NCBI RefSeq assembly: GCF_003334385.1
Contig: NZ_QOWN01000198.1
Length of the DNA: 336 bases
Strand: one strand, 5' to 3'
From: Escherichia coli
GTDB lineage: Bacteria; Pseudomonadota; Gammaproteobacteria; Enterobacterales; Enterobacteriaceae
Made by a program: the position numbers and the translations under genes. Shown here in pieces: positions 1 through 336 of this stretch; positions within the stretch are counted from its first letter, which is position 1; every line of letters starts with the position of its first letter. Below the pieces are notes generated by a model. It did no database searches, had not been told where the DNA came from, and saw only the letters and a list, made by a program, of their open reading frames with translations.

Positions 1-27
1 GGCGACGCCGCCCTGACCACATCGTAG
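1..27 (+). CDS. Possible 3' end of an upstream protein-coding gene (partial; C-terminus ...GDAALTTS, stop TAG 25-27); product unknown
   Basis: Frame 1 reads GGC GAC GCC GCC CTG ACC ACA TCG TAG. It is open from the window edge to the TAG at 25-27, with GC-rich third positions typical of a coding frame. Only 8 codons are visible, so this is weak. Frame 2 (stop 14-16) and frame 3 (stop 58-60) cannot be excluded. Confidence 0.3.
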   Translation, partial: GDAALTTS

Positions 28-34
28 TGTTTAA

Positions 35-63
35 ATGTCATGAATCCTCCCGGTCGGGATAAT
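35..63 (+). promoter_or_regulatory. Candidate sigma70-type promoter: -35 ATGTCA (35-40), 17-bp spacer, -10 GATAAT (58-63); predicted start near 70
   Basis: The hexamers match the TTGACA/TATAAT consensus at 4/6 and 5/6 with the optimal 17-bp spacing. This is a pattern match only; there is no experimental or comparative support. Confidence 0.25.
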
Positions 64-143
64 GTTGTGAGTCAGATGAGGGGCGGGCTGAAGTCCGGAA
101 GTTACAGGACAATGGCAGGAGGAAGACTACAGCCCGCAATACG

Positions 144-168
144 AAAAAGGCCGCGCAGTTGCGCAGCC
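144..168 (-). terminator. Minus-oriented intrinsic-terminator-like hairpin: GGCUGCGC-AACU-GCGCGGCC followed by UUUUU
   Basis: On the minus-strand RNA the stem (plus coordinates 168-161 pairing with 156-149) is 8 bp including one G-U wobble, with a 4-nt loop, followed directly by U5 (plus 148-144) and then CGUAUU. On the plus strand the same stem has a C/A mismatch and no U tract, so the orientation signal favours minus. Confidence 0.4.
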
Positions 169-195
169 TTATGAATTCTGGTTAAAATCCATTCG

Positions 196-201
196 ATTAT
201 A
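196..201 (-). promoter_or_regulatory. Perfect -10 hexamer TATAAT on the minus strand (plus sequence ATTATA); no convincing -35 or TG extension
   Basis: This is an exact consensus -10 in an AT-rich context, about 30 nt upstream (minus sense) of the minus-oriented terminator hairpin at 168-144. The -35 candidates (CAACAG or GCAACA) are poor. A chance TATAAT in an AT-rich window of this size is not unlikely. Confidence 0.2.
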
Positions 202-223
202 AAAATGTATATCTCATGCTGTT

Positions 224-250
224 GCCCGAACCCACTCGGGCTTTTTTTTT
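224..250 (+). terminator. Rho-independent (intrinsic) terminator, plus strand
   Basis: GCCCGA (224-229) pairs perfectly with TCGGGC (236-241), with a 6-nt loop ACCCAC, immediately followed by T9 (242-250). The upstream flank is not A-rich, so the signal is oriented for plus-strand transcripts. Confidence 0.85.
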
Positions 251-254
251 GCCC

Positions 255-280
255 ACAAGAAAGCCCCTCCGGAGAGGGGC
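255..280 (-). terminator. Probable intrinsic terminator for a minus-strand transcript entering from the right
   Basis: A perfect 7-bp GC-rich stem, GCCCCTC (263-269) with GAGGGGC (274-280), has a 4-nt loop. On the minus-strand RNA it is followed by UUUCUUGU (plus 262-255). On the plus strand it is followed by GGAGAGUGG with no U tract, so orientation favours minus. It sits about 12 nt downstream of a possible minus-strand stop codon (293-295). Confidence 0.45.
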
Positions 281-292
281 TGGAGAGTGGCG

Positions 293-336
293 CTATGTGC
301 CATTGCATGGTGCCGGGTGCCTCCCGGTGAGTTCAG
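293..336 (-). CDS. Possible 3' end of a minus-strand protein-coding gene (partial; C-terminus ...ELTGRHPAPCNGT, stop TAG = plus 295-293); product unknown
   Basis: This minus-strand frame is open from the window edge to a TAG whose reverse complement is CTA at 293-295, with the minus-oriented hairpin 12 nt downstream. Only 13 codons are visible and one is a rare AGG. The alternative frame with TGA at 333-335 is also possible. Very weak. Confidence 0.2.
   Translation of the reverse strand, partial: ELTGRHPAPCNGT

Larger units (their letters stand above)
70..250 (+). ncRNA. Candidate small regulatory RNA (independent or 3'UTR-derived), family not recognised; 5' end uncertain, 3' end at the T9 tract
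   Basis: About 220 nt separate the putative stop at 27 from a strong intrinsic terminator, with no credible ORF in between. The region has a structured GC-rich core (8-bp helix 83-90/130-137 enclosing hairpin 93-96/107-110), an A/U-rich single-stranded stretch (181-222), and a terminator hairpin with a long U tract. This layout is typical of Hfq-associated enterobacterial sRNAs. Confidence 0.35.

Noticed and set aside
55-125. CsrB/CsrC-type CsrA sponge RNA
   Set aside because: Only about five GGA motifs versus the 9-20 or more expected in sponge RNAs, and the sequence does not match CsrB or CsrC as I recall them. Kept only as a weaker single-site possibility in the findings.
149-168. Plus-strand reading of the central hairpin as a terminator or attenuator
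   Set aside because: On the plus strand the stem has a C/A mismatch at 152/165 and is followed by UUAUGAAUUC rather than a U tract. It is more likely an internal structural hairpin of the plus RNA and/or a minus-oriented terminator.
40-174. 44-aa plus-strand ORF (MNPPGRDNVVSQMRGGLKSGSYRTMAGGRLQPAIRKRPRSCAAL), with nested ATGs at 76 and 112
   Set aside because: No Shine-Dalgarno sequence in front of the ATG at 40, which also overlaps the putative -35/-10 region. About 10 of 44 codons are rare for enterobacteria (AGG, AGA, CTA, ATA, CGA, CGG, GGA). The peptide is basic and not hydrophobic, so it does not look like a type I toxin or a membrane small protein. Translation cannot be excluded without ribosome profiling.
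144-250. Type I toxin-antitoxin locus (short antisense RNA plus small toxin ORF)
   Set aside because: There is no small hydrophobic ORF with a ribosome-binding site on either strand in or near the antisense overlap. Only the antisense-RNA half of the pattern is present, and weakly.
224-250. Identity with the MicC or RprA terminator
   Set aside because: The stem-loop plus U-tract style is similar (for example GCCCGAAC...GGGCTTTTTTT in MicC), but the loop and the upstream body sequence do not match what I remember of those sRNAs. The resemblance is generic terminator architecture, not homology.
102-308. 68-aa ORF on the minus strand from the supplied six-frame track
   Set aside because: It reads straight through both intrinsic-terminator hairpins and the A9/T9 tract, so its sequence contains a translated poly-A run (QKK) and hairpin-derived residues. 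There is no Shine-Dalgarno sequence upstream of its ATG (306-308), and the ATG lies inside what looks like the tail of a different reading frame. Most likely a chance ORF in non-coding DNA.
205-330. 42-codon plus-strand ORF starting at ATG 205-207
   Set aside because: It runs through the terminator stem, the T9 tract (translated as FF) and the second hairpin. An artefact of reading non-coding structure.
1-336. Known repeat families (REP/BIME, ERIC), tRNA, CRISPR repeats, IS element ends
   Set aside because: No REP-like GCCGGATG-type palindrome, no tRNA cloverleaf with a conserved T-loop, no spaced direct repeats and no terminal inverted repeats are visible. The recurring short GC-rich palindromes are adequately explained as terminator or structural hairpins.

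Overview
This 336-bp window reads as a non-coding intergenic region; I found no convincing complete protein-coding gene inside it. The best-supported feature is a strong plus-strand intrinsic terminator (6-bp GC-rich stem 224-229/236-241 followed by T9 at 242-250). It is preceded by an A/U-rich stretch and a structured GGA-containing segment. The leading hypothesis is an uncharacterised plus-strand small RNA of about 180 nt (independent or 3'UTR-derived) ending at about 250; I could not match it to any known sRNA family from memory. There is also a minus-oriented terminator hairpin at 263-280, and a second minus-oriented terminator-like hairpin at 149-168 lying about 30 nt downstream (minus sense) of a perfect TATAAT at 196-201, which suggests a possible short cis-antisense RNA. 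The window edges look like the 3' ends of two convergent genes, but this rests on 8-14 codons each and is weak. The only ORF in the supplied track (68 aa, minus strand) is almost certainly spurious. All structure and promoter calls are by eye from the sequence; no folding, search or database lookup was run.
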